Both the position numbers and the translations under genes were made by a program. From NCBI RefSeq assembly GCF_963921235.1, contig NC_086097.1, forward strand, positions 148,058,001-148,122,000: DNA of 64,000 bases. The letters run 5' to 3'. How positions within the stretch are numbered: the stretch's first letter is position 1; each line of letters begins with the position of its first letter. This document shows, one piece after another, positions 23,682 through 36,855 of this stretch. A model generated the notes under the pieces. The model was given only the letters and a program-made list of their open reading frames with translations, made no database searches and was not told the origin of the DNA. This stretch comes from Mobula hypostoma (taxonomy: Eukaryota).

Positions 23682-24480
23682 CTGCCACCACTAACTATCC
23701 CCTCAAGAAACTACTTCAACACCAACTAGTGATTGGAAATCAGTGAAGGACTGCTTTGGCACAGTTGTACTTCTAATGAAATTGTACTATACAGCATTTA
23801 GTCTTGCAATTCTTACTACTGTTTTGCACAAAAAAAAATTCTGTAGAAATTTTTGTTTCTTTCTCTAGTGAATCCTTTCTAATGAGGAGGACCCATAAGA
23901 AAAGCCTTCAGGAATGCCACATTTGCAGATAAGTTACCATCATCTACCATCCAGGGGTAATGAAAGTCATCGTATTCAACAAAGATTCTCCAACAGATAG
24001 CCACTTGGACTCTAAATGTCTGAGATGTGTTTGAAGTTTATTTTTCTGTCCCATTCCGCTGAAATATTATAAACTGTGGAAACTCCCTCCAGTTATATTG
24101 TTGATTCTTACTATTTTAAATGTTATACCCGTGTAAGTGAGACTTTTATTTTGGTTGTGTGTGCTGTAGTCAGAGTTTTGCTTCACGTCAAATCTCTTTC
24201 ACTGTGACTTCAAAGGCTTGGATGCTTACGATGAATGCAGAGATGGAAAACACTTACTTTCCCCAGTTTCAACATCTTGTTACCTTAATGAATGCTAAGT
24301 TTCCCAAAAAAAAATGCAGACCCAAGCCATTTCTCCCTATTCTCTAAATTTGGGGATTAGTTTGCAGTTGTGAACTTCATCACTGAAAATGTGTTGATGC
24401 ATTATTTCATCATGTATCTATCACGTTTTTAATTATAGTAATTGTGATAAGTTAATAAACTTTGAAATTTTGTTTGATAG
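23682..24480 (+). other. ZC3H3: Putative ZC3H3 3' UTR with poly(A) signal
   Basis: Repeat-free AT-rich sequence after the stop; AATAAA at 24454-24459 followed by a U/GU-rich tract. Confidence 0.6.
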
Positions 24481-26149
24481 GTAACAATTTCATAAAGGGT
24501 ATTAATGTTTTTAAACTAGAATCTGCCATTGGTCTAAGCTTCAATGATTGTGTTGCTCTCGGTTATGCACTGCCTACACATCCAATATATTATAATGGTC
24601 AGCACTGACAGAACAGATCAAAGGGAAATAGAAGATCCTTGAGTGAGTTGTATTTGGGCTATCCCAGGCATCTTCTAGCAGATATAGACTAGATGCCTTT
24701 AATACATTTCCACACCCCAACATATGTTAGCCTTGGCAGACAAAGGAAAGAACAAAATATTAGAGAAAGGAGGAATTCAAAGAAGAAAAAGCTTTTCTGT
24801 TTTTAAAGGTGCAGATCAAAATTACTTGTTTTCGATACTAGCTTATAAATGGCCATTTTTATCCGTAAGAGAAATAATAGGCATCAATATTTTTATTCTT
24901 GATATCACAAGAACTGTCCACTAAAAATTCTGCAATTTAAAGACATTTTAGTACCTTGACACAGATCTTAATGTGCCCATTTAGCAAGTGCATTTTGGTG
25001 CCAATAAGTAAATCTATGTTGACGGGTAATAACTTGAATTATTCATACTAATTTTTGGTATTTTGCGCACATGGTAAATGATTTGCTGCTAGCGCTGAAG
25101 CTGGTGCATTGAGCACTAACAGCTTTTCTCTAGTGAGCAGCTTTTGATGGCAAGAGAGGCACAGATAGGGAGGACAGGAGGAGCACAACCAGAAAAAAAT
25201 TAAAATGTATGTTTATGTAGTTCTTATGGAATTAATGTAGCCTGCATTTCAGCCTTATTCCAAACAGCAGAGTATCTGTAAATCCTAGTATCTTTATTCC
25301 CCTATTACTTGGCTAATACGTGGAGCGAGGTGGGCCTTTTGCAGTGGTTTTGAGGGGAATGTTTCCACACTTAATTTTATATGGAGTAAGTGCCCTTTGT
25401 ACTTCAGCATAAATCTTGGTTGTATTGTCGTTTAGGGAAGATGTTAGCAGTAAAGATCACATGTATGCAAAGACATTCATAGGAATATCACTAACATCAC
25501 TCAAAAATATGTGTAACAATAACTCTTGCACACAATGTTATGCGTCTCATTGATAAAAGGATTTTGTGTTATTTATTGACTGAAAATGGCTTTCCTGAAG
25601 AAATTATTTCTATTTAATTCTTATTAAATGTTATATTTTTCTTGCGGTTTACAAATGAATTTTATGTGATTTATTGTTGTCTCCAAAATTTTCAAGTATA
25701 CTTGTTTTCAAAGCAAACTATTCTGAATAACTGTTTGGAACAGCAGCGTCTGAATGTTCTGCAGAAGCTTCTGGATCTATTTAAACGCATTTCTGTGTTG
25801 GATATTAAATTTAGCCAGTGCATATTAAGTACATTATATGGAATTCTATCAGTCAGAGAGCATTAAAAGCATTAATTAGTAAAAAGAAGTTGTAATTAAA
25901 GAATGCACATTTATTTACCTGTTATCTTTTACGTCCACGTTATACTTGTGTGGTTACCATTATTATATAGACAAATGCAGGAACTAGTCTTCACACAGCA
26001 AATTAGATTTCAAATGAATATTACTGATGATATGAGTTACAGGATAAATACTTGGGAGGGGGCTGTACATAACCACATGCCAGTGTGCATTCTTAAGACC
26101 TACTACAGCCCCTTCTCTGGTAGGACTTTATGCATTACTTTCAAAACTC

Positions 26150-27400
26150 CCTTTTGAATGTATTTTACAGATTTCACCCCATTTAAATGACTTGTGTAGA
26201 TCCCAGTTAATACTGGGGAAATTGAAATCCCTCACTACTATAACCTTAGTGTTTTACACTGTATTGCAATTCACCTGCATATTTGTTCCTCTAATTCTTA
26301 CTGACCATTTGGAGGCCTACAGTATAATCCCATTAAAGTCATTGTCCACGTTTCTAAGTTCTGCCCATACTGTCTCCCTGCCTGATCCCTCCTGGATATC
26401 CACCCTGACTACTGTCGTAATGTTCTCCCTGACCCAAGTACAACAATCCCCCCACCTTTGGTACCCCCATCTGCCATCTTGAGACTAGTGTTCAAAACTT
26501 GTATCCCCCAGAACATTAAGCTACCAGTGCTGTGCTGCCCTTCCCTCAACCATGTTGCCATGATTGCAATAATATCATAATTGGATGTGCTGATCCATGC
26601 TCTCAGCTCACCTGTCTTGCCTGCAGGACACCTTGCATTGAAGTAAATACAGTTAAGGCTACACAGCCCTCTCTTGCTTTCCTACCTGTCTCTATCTACT
26701 GTGTCCACTGGATTTGCCTGTTCTATTTTCTGCATATGATTCCCACTCTCTGCCTGCTGCAGTGTCATTCCTGGTCCCACCTCTCTGCTCGTTTAAACCT
26801 GTCTGAGTAGCACTTGCAAACCTCCCTGCAAGGATATTCAACCCTTCCAGTTTAAATGCAACTTATCATTCTTGTAGATCTGTTCCAGAGGAAATTGTAA
26901 TGATCCAAATACCTTGTGCCCTCTCCCTTGCACCAATTCCTTATCCATGCAGTTACCTGTTCTACCCTCCATTTCTATACTATAGTGTGTGGCTAAGGGA
27001 GTAATCCTGAAATGACAATCGTAGAGATCCTGATTTCCAGTATTCTACCTATTCCCTGAATTCCTGTTGCAGGGCTCTATCTCCCTTCTCACTGAGGTCA
27101 TTAGTACCAATTTAGATAATGACTTCTCACTGTTTGGAATAGCTGCACTGCCTGTCTGCCAAGTCCTCCTAGTGGTCACCCTCCTAAACCTTTGGTGTGA
27201 CTTCTTCTCTGAAGCTCTTATCTAAACCACTCTCTGCCTCCTTAATCCTCCTCAGTCTCCAAACGCCACTCCAACCAATCTGTGGTTTGAACTGTTCTGC
27301 AACTGAACAAGCTTCCTGCAAATATAATCACAAGCTGTTTCTGATCTCCAATGTTTTACAGGAAGTACATGCCATGCCACAGTCTACTGTTTCTATCCCT
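26150..27400 (-). mobile_element. Old CR1 fragment (ORF1/endonuclease region)
   Basis: Degenerate CR1 endonuclease wording (gttaatactggggaaattgaaatccc, ccctcctggatatcc); no intact ORF. Confidence 0.5.
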
Positions 27401-27924
27401 CATTACTACTGGGTTTAAAAGAAAAGAGAGGTCTTGCCTTGACTTACTGATATCACTGCTCATTCTCCACCAAAGCCTCAGCACTTAGTCCTCAAGCTTA
27501 GTGCTATGACCTCAGAACTGTTGCTTCCACTGGCTGTCCCCTGATAGTAGGCCTGCTGGTTGGAAAAGTAACTTTCCCCTACCTTACACAGTCTTTTTAT
27601 ACCCCTCCTCAAATTAACTGCTGCCAGAGGAAGTGAAGGAGATGTGTACAATTATGCCATTTAAAAGGCATTTGAGCTATTTCATGGATATGAATGGTTC
27701 AGTGGGATGGATACATGCCAATTAGACAGCTTGATCAGCAAGGACAAGTTTGGTTGAAGGGCTTGTTTCCATGTTTGTAGCTCTATGACTTTACATTACG
27801 ATAGATGTGTATACATCTGATGTGGTGCTTGGGCCGGGCACATATCAAATAACGTCATTCCCTGTGTGCTCCAGGGAAAATGATACAAAACTGTCCTAGC
27901 AGCAACTATGGTTAGCTGAAGCAC

Positions 27925-28165
27925 AAGCACCTCTTCTGAAGCATAGGCTACCAACAGTAGCTCACTAAAGTCCTCTGTCCATGGCCAGTCTTCCAAATTG
28001 TCTCCAGGTGTAGCCCATCTTTTTGGTGTATCCTTCCTCTCCCTGGATGAAGTCTTTGGAGCTTCTGTTGGTGTTTCTATAGCACAGGGTTTTTATGGGA
28101 TGGAATTGCTAGCCCCATACCCAAATTCCTCCTTTCATACCTGGCCTGAGACCATCCACGGTGCA
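27925..28165 (-). mobile_element. Short RTE-derived non-autonomous element
   Basis: gggtttttatgggatggaattgctagccccatacccaa motif of RTE 5' UTRs joined to an RTE-like 3' end (cataggc...tcttc). Confidence 0.5.
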
Positions 28166-28774
28166 GTATGAATCCCACTAAGCTCTTCTAAAGACTGTTA
28201 CAGCAATAATTGATCCTGCAGAGAAGGATGATATTTGGGTCTTAATTATGAATCACCAGAGTGGGACCTCACAAAAGTAAATCAAATTTGTTTATTCTTT
28301 GGGCCCCCTACTTTCTTTCTGATTCTAACTTGATCAGGCAAAGTCCCAACATTCACCCCTCACCTGATACACCACATTGTTCTACGTGCTCTGGTCATTT
28401 CCCTGATCCAACCCCACTCCTCAGTTCTGAGGTCACTCTCCATAGTTTTTCTAATATGTTAGCAGTTCCTATGGATTGCTTTGAAATAACAGCATAGTTG
28501 CTGAACCCCTGCAATGGAAGTTGTCTCACAGCTGAAGGTTTTACAACTAGGTTTTGCAGTGGACAGAACCCCCTTTTAGATGATAGTATTACAAAAAGGG
28601 TACAAATGCGGATGCAATGATTAAATTACCAAAATAATAACCCGTTGGGTTGAGCTGTAAAATCCCATCATGGTAGACAATTAATTAATTCAACTGATAT
28701 TTTTAAAATACTATCCTGAGAATGGCAAACAAAAAACTACTGCGTTATTTTAACAAATCAGCTGTTAAATTTAC

Positions 28775-28912
28775 ATAAACACAAGAGATTCACAAATGTT
28801 GAAAATCCAGAGTAACCCACACGAAATACTGGAGGAACTGTACAGGTAAGGCTGCATCTATGGAAAAGAATAAACATTCAACGTTTCGGGCCAAGACTCC
28901 TCTTCAGGACTC
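28775..28912 (-). repeat. Solo PLE terminal repeat with hammerhead core
   Basis: Minus strand AGTC-CTGAAGA-GGAGTCTTGGCCC-GAAAC-GTT-GAAT (about 28876-28911). Confidence 0.75.
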
Positions 28913-31900
28913 GGGTCATGATGAATGGAGAATTACCAACTTTTATAGCTACTATTTTCTCCAGCGTTATTTTCTTGTCAAGACGCGTTTCCTTTAGTTT
29001 CTTGTCGTCTCTAGATTCCTGGTTACGAAGTTAACACATGCTCGGACATTCTGGAATTCTGAGTTCAATTCCGGCACTGCCGTGTGGAATAGATGAATTT
29101 TCTCCCGCAGTCTAAAGATTTATCGGATAGGCTAATTGATCATTGTAAATGATCCCGTGATTAGTTTAGAATTAATTGGCTTTGTTGGGGATTGCCGCGA
29201 CGGCTGCTAGAAGAGAAAGTGATAGCGAAATAGCGCAAATAAAAAATAATACTGAGAACAGGAGTTGTAAAGAGAGAATGTGAGTGATAAATCAAGGTAA
29301 CAAGGATAATCTTGTTATGTTGGTAAGGGATAGAGTGTAAAGAAAACATATGTATATACTGTATGGGGAAGAAATAACAATTAGACAAATAAATCTACAA
29401 TAAATGTTAATCCAAAGGTGCTGTATCTAAATGTTCTCAGTATCATTTTTCTTTTTTTGCCCTGTTTGTCTTCTATTGCAGATTGGTTGTTTGTCAGTTT
29501 TTGTTTATGTACAGGTTTTCATAAATTCTATTGTATTTCTTTATCTTTCCAGTAAATACCTGCAAAAATGCATTTCAAGTTGTATATGGTAACATATACA
29601 TATTTTGTTGACAAATGTATTGTGAACTTTGAATAATCAATTTCCTGCTCTGCCTTTTTTGTTCCACTCTAGTTTTCTAGATTCCCTCTACTAAGACCCC
29701 ATGACCTCCAACCACACTGTCTTTAGTTTAAAGCTCAACTGGCTTGATTATATAATCTGATACTTCAATGCTTAACCACAGTAGTATTATATTTAAAGCT
29801 TAACTTTTGCTGTTCTAACCAATGGAGAAACATTCCTTTCTTTTTTAATCTTTTTATTAATCTTCGATTGAATGAAGAAACATTCCAATGGACCCAAAGG
29901 GAAAATAGCTTTTTCTTTCTTTGCCAACAAAATACTATGTCAGCAACAAATACCAATCATACAGAATCGTTATTTTCGGTTGCATTGCCTTTAGAGAATT
30001 TGTCCATGACTTTCAAAATGTTCATATGAACTACCGGCCAACCCAATTTGTTGGTGAGATCTGCTGGTCAACAGGATGAAAGTAGTGAAGAGTAAAACTG
30101 TGGGCAGAAATAGAGAAGAGAGTAAAAGACCATAAAACCATAAATAATTGGAGCAGAATTAAGCCATTTGGCCCATTGTCTTACCACCATTCCATCATAG
30201 GTGATTTATTATCCCTCTCAACCCATTCTCCAGCAAGTTTTTTGAAACTTATATTGAAAGAAGTGGATATTTGGGTAGAGAAATAATTAAGGTAAAGTCT
30301 GTACTAATCTATAATTGTTATCATTCCCCATTTTTATTTTACTGTCCATGAGCATCTCTTAAGTGTTCTTTTTATTTAAAAAATACAGTTTTGACATAAG
30401 CATTAAAAGAGATAAAATGTGCCCAAGCAAATCAGCAATGAAATGGAAAAATAATTCAAGCCCAATTTTCATTGAAGAAGCTTTTATTGTCAAGATAACA
30501 TAGAACAGCACAACATAGGGACAGGCCCTTCACTCATGATGTCTGTGCCAACTATGTTTCTAAGTTAAACCAATTTCTTTTTCCTGCACATGATCCATAT
30601 CCCTCCATTCCCATAGAAATGAATCCGTCTTGGCTCTTCTGGTGGGAGCTGGTGAGCTCTAAACATTTCTGAATGTGCCAGCAATGAATACACGGAATTC
30701 TGACAAATGATCTTCTGCCTAAATGTTAACTGTCTTTCTCTTTCCACAGATAGTGCCTGAACTGTTGAGTTTGTCCAGCGTCATTTATTTTTATTTGATT
30801 TCCAGCATTTGAAATTTTTGTGGAATTCTGGCAGTGCTGCGAGAATTCTTCCTCAATCACAATAAAGACGATCTGTGTGCAAATGGTCTTTTGAATTTTG
30901 CGTGTGTATTTTAAAAAATGGAAATAGTCCTTTATCTATAAGGTACCTTTGAACATGAACCTGGAAAGAGCACTATGTCAGGTCATTCTTACCCTCAGCC
31001 ATTACATTCTATAATGAGTCAACCTATAGCCAGGGAAGTGATGCCCCCCCCCCCCTCCTGTTAGACTGATTGAGGTAACTTTTTTTTTATTCTTTCTTAT
31101 TTCTCTTCTAATATTTGTAGATTTGTTTATCTGTGCACCTGTAATGCTACTGTGATACTGTCATTCCCTTTCGGATCAATAAAGTATCTGTCTATCTCTA
31201 TCTATGTGAAGATCTCAATAAAATTTTGATCAGGTATTACATTAATTTAAGTATTTTCTTTCTACTTGGTGTAGTATGTAAACTGGACCTACCCACTGGT
31301 CTTATTAAAGAACTTGAGGGATTTTTTGCTCCTGTTAAAGCCATACACTGATTCAGAGTAAAAGGTGGAAGAAAATGGAAGTCCTTTCTTGGTTGAGCAA
31401 TCTGTTGCAGGACCTAAAAATATTGGTGGCTTGAATGACAGTGCTGTTGGATTATTTCCCTAATGTTAATCCCTTAATGTTTGGTCCCATCTATATATAC
31501 AGCTGTTAATTAAAAGAACTACGCAAGTTTGACGTATGTGTAAGTCTGAGACAGCGCTGATAATCTTTTGGAGCTGGAACATGATTCTGGAGAATCACAT
31601 TCCAGCTCTTTCCACAACTGTAATGATCTCCAACTTATCAAGACAACTGGATTCTTGGCTGCAAAACACAAGGCAGAGATGTAGTCGCAGAGTGCAGAGT
31701 TTCAAAAAAAAATCAGCAAAACAGATACTTGAATTTTTGGGCTAAAATTTAACTGAGGAAGTATACAGTAAATGTTGAGTTACTGGATTGAACCTAATTG
31801 ATATATCTAAGTAACCTGATAAAGGTAGAAGTCTTGAAAAACTGATAAGGTGAGTTTAAATTCCAGAGTGTTATTTGTAAGAAAAATTGCATTAATATGG

Positions 31901-33514
31901 ACCCTCCTCTTATGTTCGTAAGATGTATATTCATTTATTCATTCACAGGACATTGACATCACTAGAAATGTCAGCATTTTTCATGCATCCCTAATTCCCC
32001 GTTATCTTAGGAAATACCTCTTCTACCAAATTGCAACATCCTTCTGGACACTCCAGCCGGTTTTCCCTATTGCTAGAATTTTGAATTCTTATGGAAGAAA
32101 ACACAGCACAGATCTGAACTAATCAGTTTGAACCAACCACTGACAACTAACTTACTTAAGGTAATTTGGCACTATTTGAAGAACAACTTTTCTTGGTAAA
32201 ATAAAAACAGAAAATGCTGAAAACTCTCAGCATGTCAGGCAGAAATGATGTTGACATTGATGTTCAAAGCTACTTCATCAGACTGAAGATTAACTTGTGG
32301 TTTGCCTATAGTTCATTCCTCATTTAATACCATTTACTTCATTGCTGTTTGTGGGAGCTTGCTGTGAATCTCCAACCCGTTTGTATTCATGGTTCACTTT
32401 CCCCCACCCGTTGACACCATTCAGAACCTTCCTTATTATTTATGCTCACTGTCGACTGTACCCCTAATCACAGTTTCTTGAGGTCACTGCCTGCAGCTTA
32501 TTAAATTCACTATTTGAGCACATGCATATTACTTCCTACTTTCCAATTTCTTGTTTTTTTTCCTATTCACATTATTTTTGACATAGTTCCCCCCAGTTAC
32601 ATTTGTTTCCTCTCTCCAACCTTACCCTGGCCTTACCACAACCTCATTCAGATTTACCTTCAATTGATAAAACTTTTGGGAATGCTTCACTCCCATTTAT
32701 TTGTATTATTTTCTAAATGAGAGCAGATTAAACTAAATAATTTCTCCATACCAAATGAATTTTAAAGCTACAAAGAAACCCTTGTGACCTTTCTTTTAAT
32801 CTCTATAGATGTAATAAATTAATTTTGAAGTATAATAGCCAAAACTGAGTTCATTAATTTAATTAGATTTTGTTACACGTTTGCCATGCACAGAACTGAA
32901 CAACTCCAAAAAAGCTGATTCTGGTTCACTTTCTGGTCTGCTGCTAAGTTCACGCATTAGTCTGTGAGGACACTACGGTTCACAATGTCATTGAGGGCTC
33001 CTGATTTCTATCCAGTGACATGTGTTGAAAAGTAGACATGCACAGACGCCAAGTGAGAACTCAGCTGATCTTTGACGTGATGCCTTATACAGTCAAACAA
33101 CATCTTGAGACAAGTCTAGGTTAGCAGAAGTGAAAAACTCCTCTTGGGGGATATTATACCCCAACATAACTAGTCAAAAACTTAAAGAGAGATGGGGTGG
33201 TAATAACATGCAAACACTCTTTTGCAGTTGATTTTAATTTTTTTTTAATCAGAAAAAAAATTAACACCTATTTAGAAAAAAATAAACAAGTGATGAGCCC
33301 CAAGGTGGTGACAGTCTGGAGCAGTAAGATAGATGGCAGAGCACTTGTGCAACTGTTAAAGGGTAACTTGAGTTCAACAAATTACTTCATATGCATTAGA
33401 GGCCTCAAGTACCTCGGAGTATTTGGCTACGTCTCAATTTATAATTACTTGTACAGTACTATCAACATTTGTGCCAAGAATGGTTCGGAAGAAGTGTTGG
33501 GGAGGAAGGTGTGT

Positions 33515-33680
33515 GCTGCTATTGTTTTGCTCAGTATTTATCTATCAACCAACACCAACGAAGCTGATTATCTACTCATTATCACATGGACAATCATGAA
33601 GCCTTGATGTGAATATTGGCTACCTGATTTTATACCATGGTGACTGCATTTAAGTAGTAATCATTGGTGATGTGCTTCAA
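33515..33680 (+). mobile_element. Deu-domain SINE fragment
   Basis: tatttatctatcaaccaacacc...gattatctactcattatcacat core; related pieces at 32165-32370 and 60155-60352. Confidence 0.55.
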
Positions 33681-33684
33681 TTCT

Positions 33685-34440
33685 GTATAGTATAGTAGAG
33701 CATTATAACACACCCTTTGTCCCACTCTGTGCCAACTGTCAAGTACCCACTTATATTAATCCCATTTACCAGCATGTGGTTCATAGCCTGTGTCTTGGCA
33801 ATTAAAGGGCTTGTCTAGATACTTCTGAAATGTTCTGAAAATCTTAGTGTCCATCATTTTCTCCGTTAGGCATCCCAAACTGCTAGGTGAAAAAAAATCT
33901 TTCTTTGATCTCCTCTAAACGTTATACTCCTTACTTTGACTCTCTGCTATAGGCAATAGTGAACCTGTTTATTTATACAACTGTATCCAGTCTCCACTCA
34001 TTCTTCAAAACCTATTCAATCTCTCCTCAAAACTGAAACACTTCATCCCAAATAACCCTCTACTAAGCAATCTACATTAGGTTGATCAAAACTGAAACAA
34101 TATTCCACATGTGACCTCACCAATTTTTCATAAAGTTGTACCAGTCTGTGCTCTTCTGCTCCGTGCCCCATTTAAGGGCTAACATGCTTTAACGCGCCTT
34201 CTTTAACATGCTATCTACCTGCGCAATCACCTGCAGAGAGCTTTGACATACACCAAGTTTCCTCTCTGTTCCAACATACCCAGCATTCATTGTGTATGTC
34301 CTACCCTTATTTGACCTCTCAAAATGTAATGCTTCACATTCATCAGGATTAAATCTCATCTGTTATTGCTCTGCCCAATTTGCTAACTCATCAAAATGTT
34401 TCTGTAGCCTCACTATCCATAACACCACCAATCTTTGGTT
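33685..34440 (-). mobile_element. Old CR1 3' fragment
   Basis: Degenerate parallels to 1380-2270. Confidence 0.55.
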
Positions 34441-34904
34441 ATATACAAAGCTATGGATTGCCCTGGGATAAAGACTGGCATGCAGTTTTGTTCTTGATCC
34501 CGGAAGTTTTGCTCTCCTCACAACTTTATTTGAGGTTTTGAAAACAGACTAGGGGAGACTTCACAAAATTAGTTCACAGCAGAGCATCTTTCATTTAGGA
34601 TCCCCAATAAGCTCTTAGAGCAGGACATAGTTATTCATTAGAGAAATGTAGAATTAAGACTGATTGGATCAAGAGCTCAGTCTCAGGGAACAAGGTTGTA
34701 GTGAATGACAGTTCACTGAATTTCTCCAGGAACTGGCTGGAGCAGTGCGGGTTGTTTTGGTGATGAGAATAAATAATGTTCATTATTATCTGGGGTCAGC
34801 AACTAATACGATGCACATGAGGGGGACATGGAGAATATTTCTGGAGCATTTTTCCCTCAATGACCAGAGATTTTAGCTGATGTTTCACCTTTTATTTTTT
34901 TTAT

Positions 34905-35690
34905 ATTTTAGATACAGATTCAGGTTTATTTGTGATATGCACATCAAAACATACCGTGAAATGTCACTTGCATTAACAACCACACACCCAAGGATGTACT
35001 GCCACACATTCTGGCACCAAAGCAACACATCCACAATTTTCAACACAACACAAACAACAGCAACGAAATGAAACAAGGCAACAGCAGTAAAGTAAGATTC
35101 CCTCCCACCCATTCACACACACGTCAGGCCTCTGATCCCAGAAAAGGCCGCCAATCCTTGGCCCCGGACTCTCAGATGTCAGGTCTCCAACCTCCATTCT
35201 TTGGTCCAGATACACAAACTTGACCTTCGGTCCTCTACCTTCAGACTTGCCGACTTTGGTCTTCGACCTTTCAGGTTTTCTACCTCTGAACTCACAGAGC
35301 TTGGACTTTGACTTTCAGCTTTGTCATCTGGGCTTTGCTGACCTCTGAGAATCGTGGCTAGAACTCACTAATCATGGGTTTTGATCTTTGGGTCTTGACT
35401 GACCCGACTTCCGGGATCATTGACCTTTGACCGCAGATGATTTTGGGCCTTAATAGGTCCTTCTGGCTGAAAGACCCTATTCCACCTATAACACCTACAA
35501 GTAAGTGGTTACACCTATTAATCCATGTGTCCTTGGAATGTGGGAGGAAACCAGGGCACTCAGAGAAATCTATATGATCACGGGGAGAATACACAATCTC
35601 CATACAGACTCTGTGCTTCCCAGGGACACATGGCATCCGAATGAGGTAAGGATGTCTGCACATGAATAAATAGCTATGCCCATCATAATT
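34905..35690 (-). mobile_element. Non-autonomous LINE-tailed element with short internal repeats, followed by a V-SINE fragment (about 35500-35690)
   Basis: Rex-like tail at 34905-34990; repeated ttgacct/tcgacct units at 35220-35430; ggaatgtgggaggaaaccagggcac...ggggagaatacacaatctccatacagac V-SINE core. Confidence 0.5.
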
Positions 35691-35779
35691 TTATGTACCA
35701 AAATCAGCCCTCCACTCCACCACTCCACCACTCCATTGTGCGAGACAGTCACATTTGGCCAATCATGACATAATGATGG

Positions 35780-35880
35780 TGCTGATGAAGGGTCTCGACC
35801 CAAAACATTGACTGTTTATTTTCCTCCATAGATGCTGCCTGACCTGCTGAGTTCATCTGGTATTTTATGTGTGTTGCTCA
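35780..35880 (+). repeat. Solo PLE terminal repeat; hammerhead with G12 lost
   Basis: CTGATGA-A-GGGTCTCGACCC-AAAAC-ATT-GACT followed by the usual gatgctgcctgacctgctgagttc tail. Confidence 0.8.
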
Positions 35881-36289
35881 TGACATCCTGCCTGCTTTTC
35901 CTGGTGGGTTTGTTATCAGCTGCCCTTCATCTCATGTTGATGTGAAGATCTCATGTCAGCTCCTCTGATTTGGCAGCAGGACTGCAGACTTCAATTCAAA
36001 GATGAATTTGGCCTGAGCTTGAACACCTGCTTTGTCATCATCACAGAAAGGTACTGGCTACAAGTCCATATTGTGATGGTGGGAACCTGGTGATAAGGCA
36101 TCATCAGGGCTAAAGGAGCATGAGATAAAAATATGAAAAGAAGAAGCTGTTTATGGCAATCCCAAATCTTATGTCTATAATATTTAAGGAGGGAAACATC
36201 TGGAGTAACATAAAGCATTGGACAGTTCTGTAAAAATGGATTGGATGATTTGGCACGGTAGCAGGACAGTGGGCCTTAATTAGTCATTG

Positions 36290-36855
36290 GTATTTGGTTT
36301 CTTATTGTCACATGTATCAAGATAGAGTGAAAAACTTTGTTTTACATGCCATCTATATAGATCAGTCCAAACACACAGTAAGTACATTGTGGTAGTACAA
36401 AGGGAAAAGCAGGAACAGAAAGTAGAATATAGTGTTACAGTTACAGAGAAACTGCAGTAGAGGTAAAGGAATCAGGTGCAAAGGCCACAACATGATAAGT
36501 TGAGAGATCAAAAGTTCATCTTTCTTATACAAGAGGCATGTTCAAGTATCTTATAATGGTGGGGTAGAAGCTGTCCCTGAGCTTGGTGGTACAATTCGCT
36601 TTTACCCGATGGGAGGCAGGAGAAGAGAGAATTGCCAGGGTGGGTGGGGCCTTTGGATGTGTTGGTTGCTTTCTCGAGGGAGCTGGAATTGTAAACAGAG
36701 TTAATGGAGCGTAGCTGGGTTTGTGATAGAGTGGGCTGTGTCCACAACTCTGCAGTTTCTTGTGGTGTTGGGGCGAAAAGTCTTCATACAAGCTGAGCAG
36801 TATTCAGATAGGAATCTTTCTATGGCTCATCTATTAAAATTGGTGAGGGTCATCA
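36290..36855 (-). mobile_element. Rex/Babar LINE 3' fragment
   Basis: Minus-strand THPGNSLFSCLPSG and TTKLRDSFYPTIIRYLN in ORFs 36508-36791. Confidence 0.8.
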
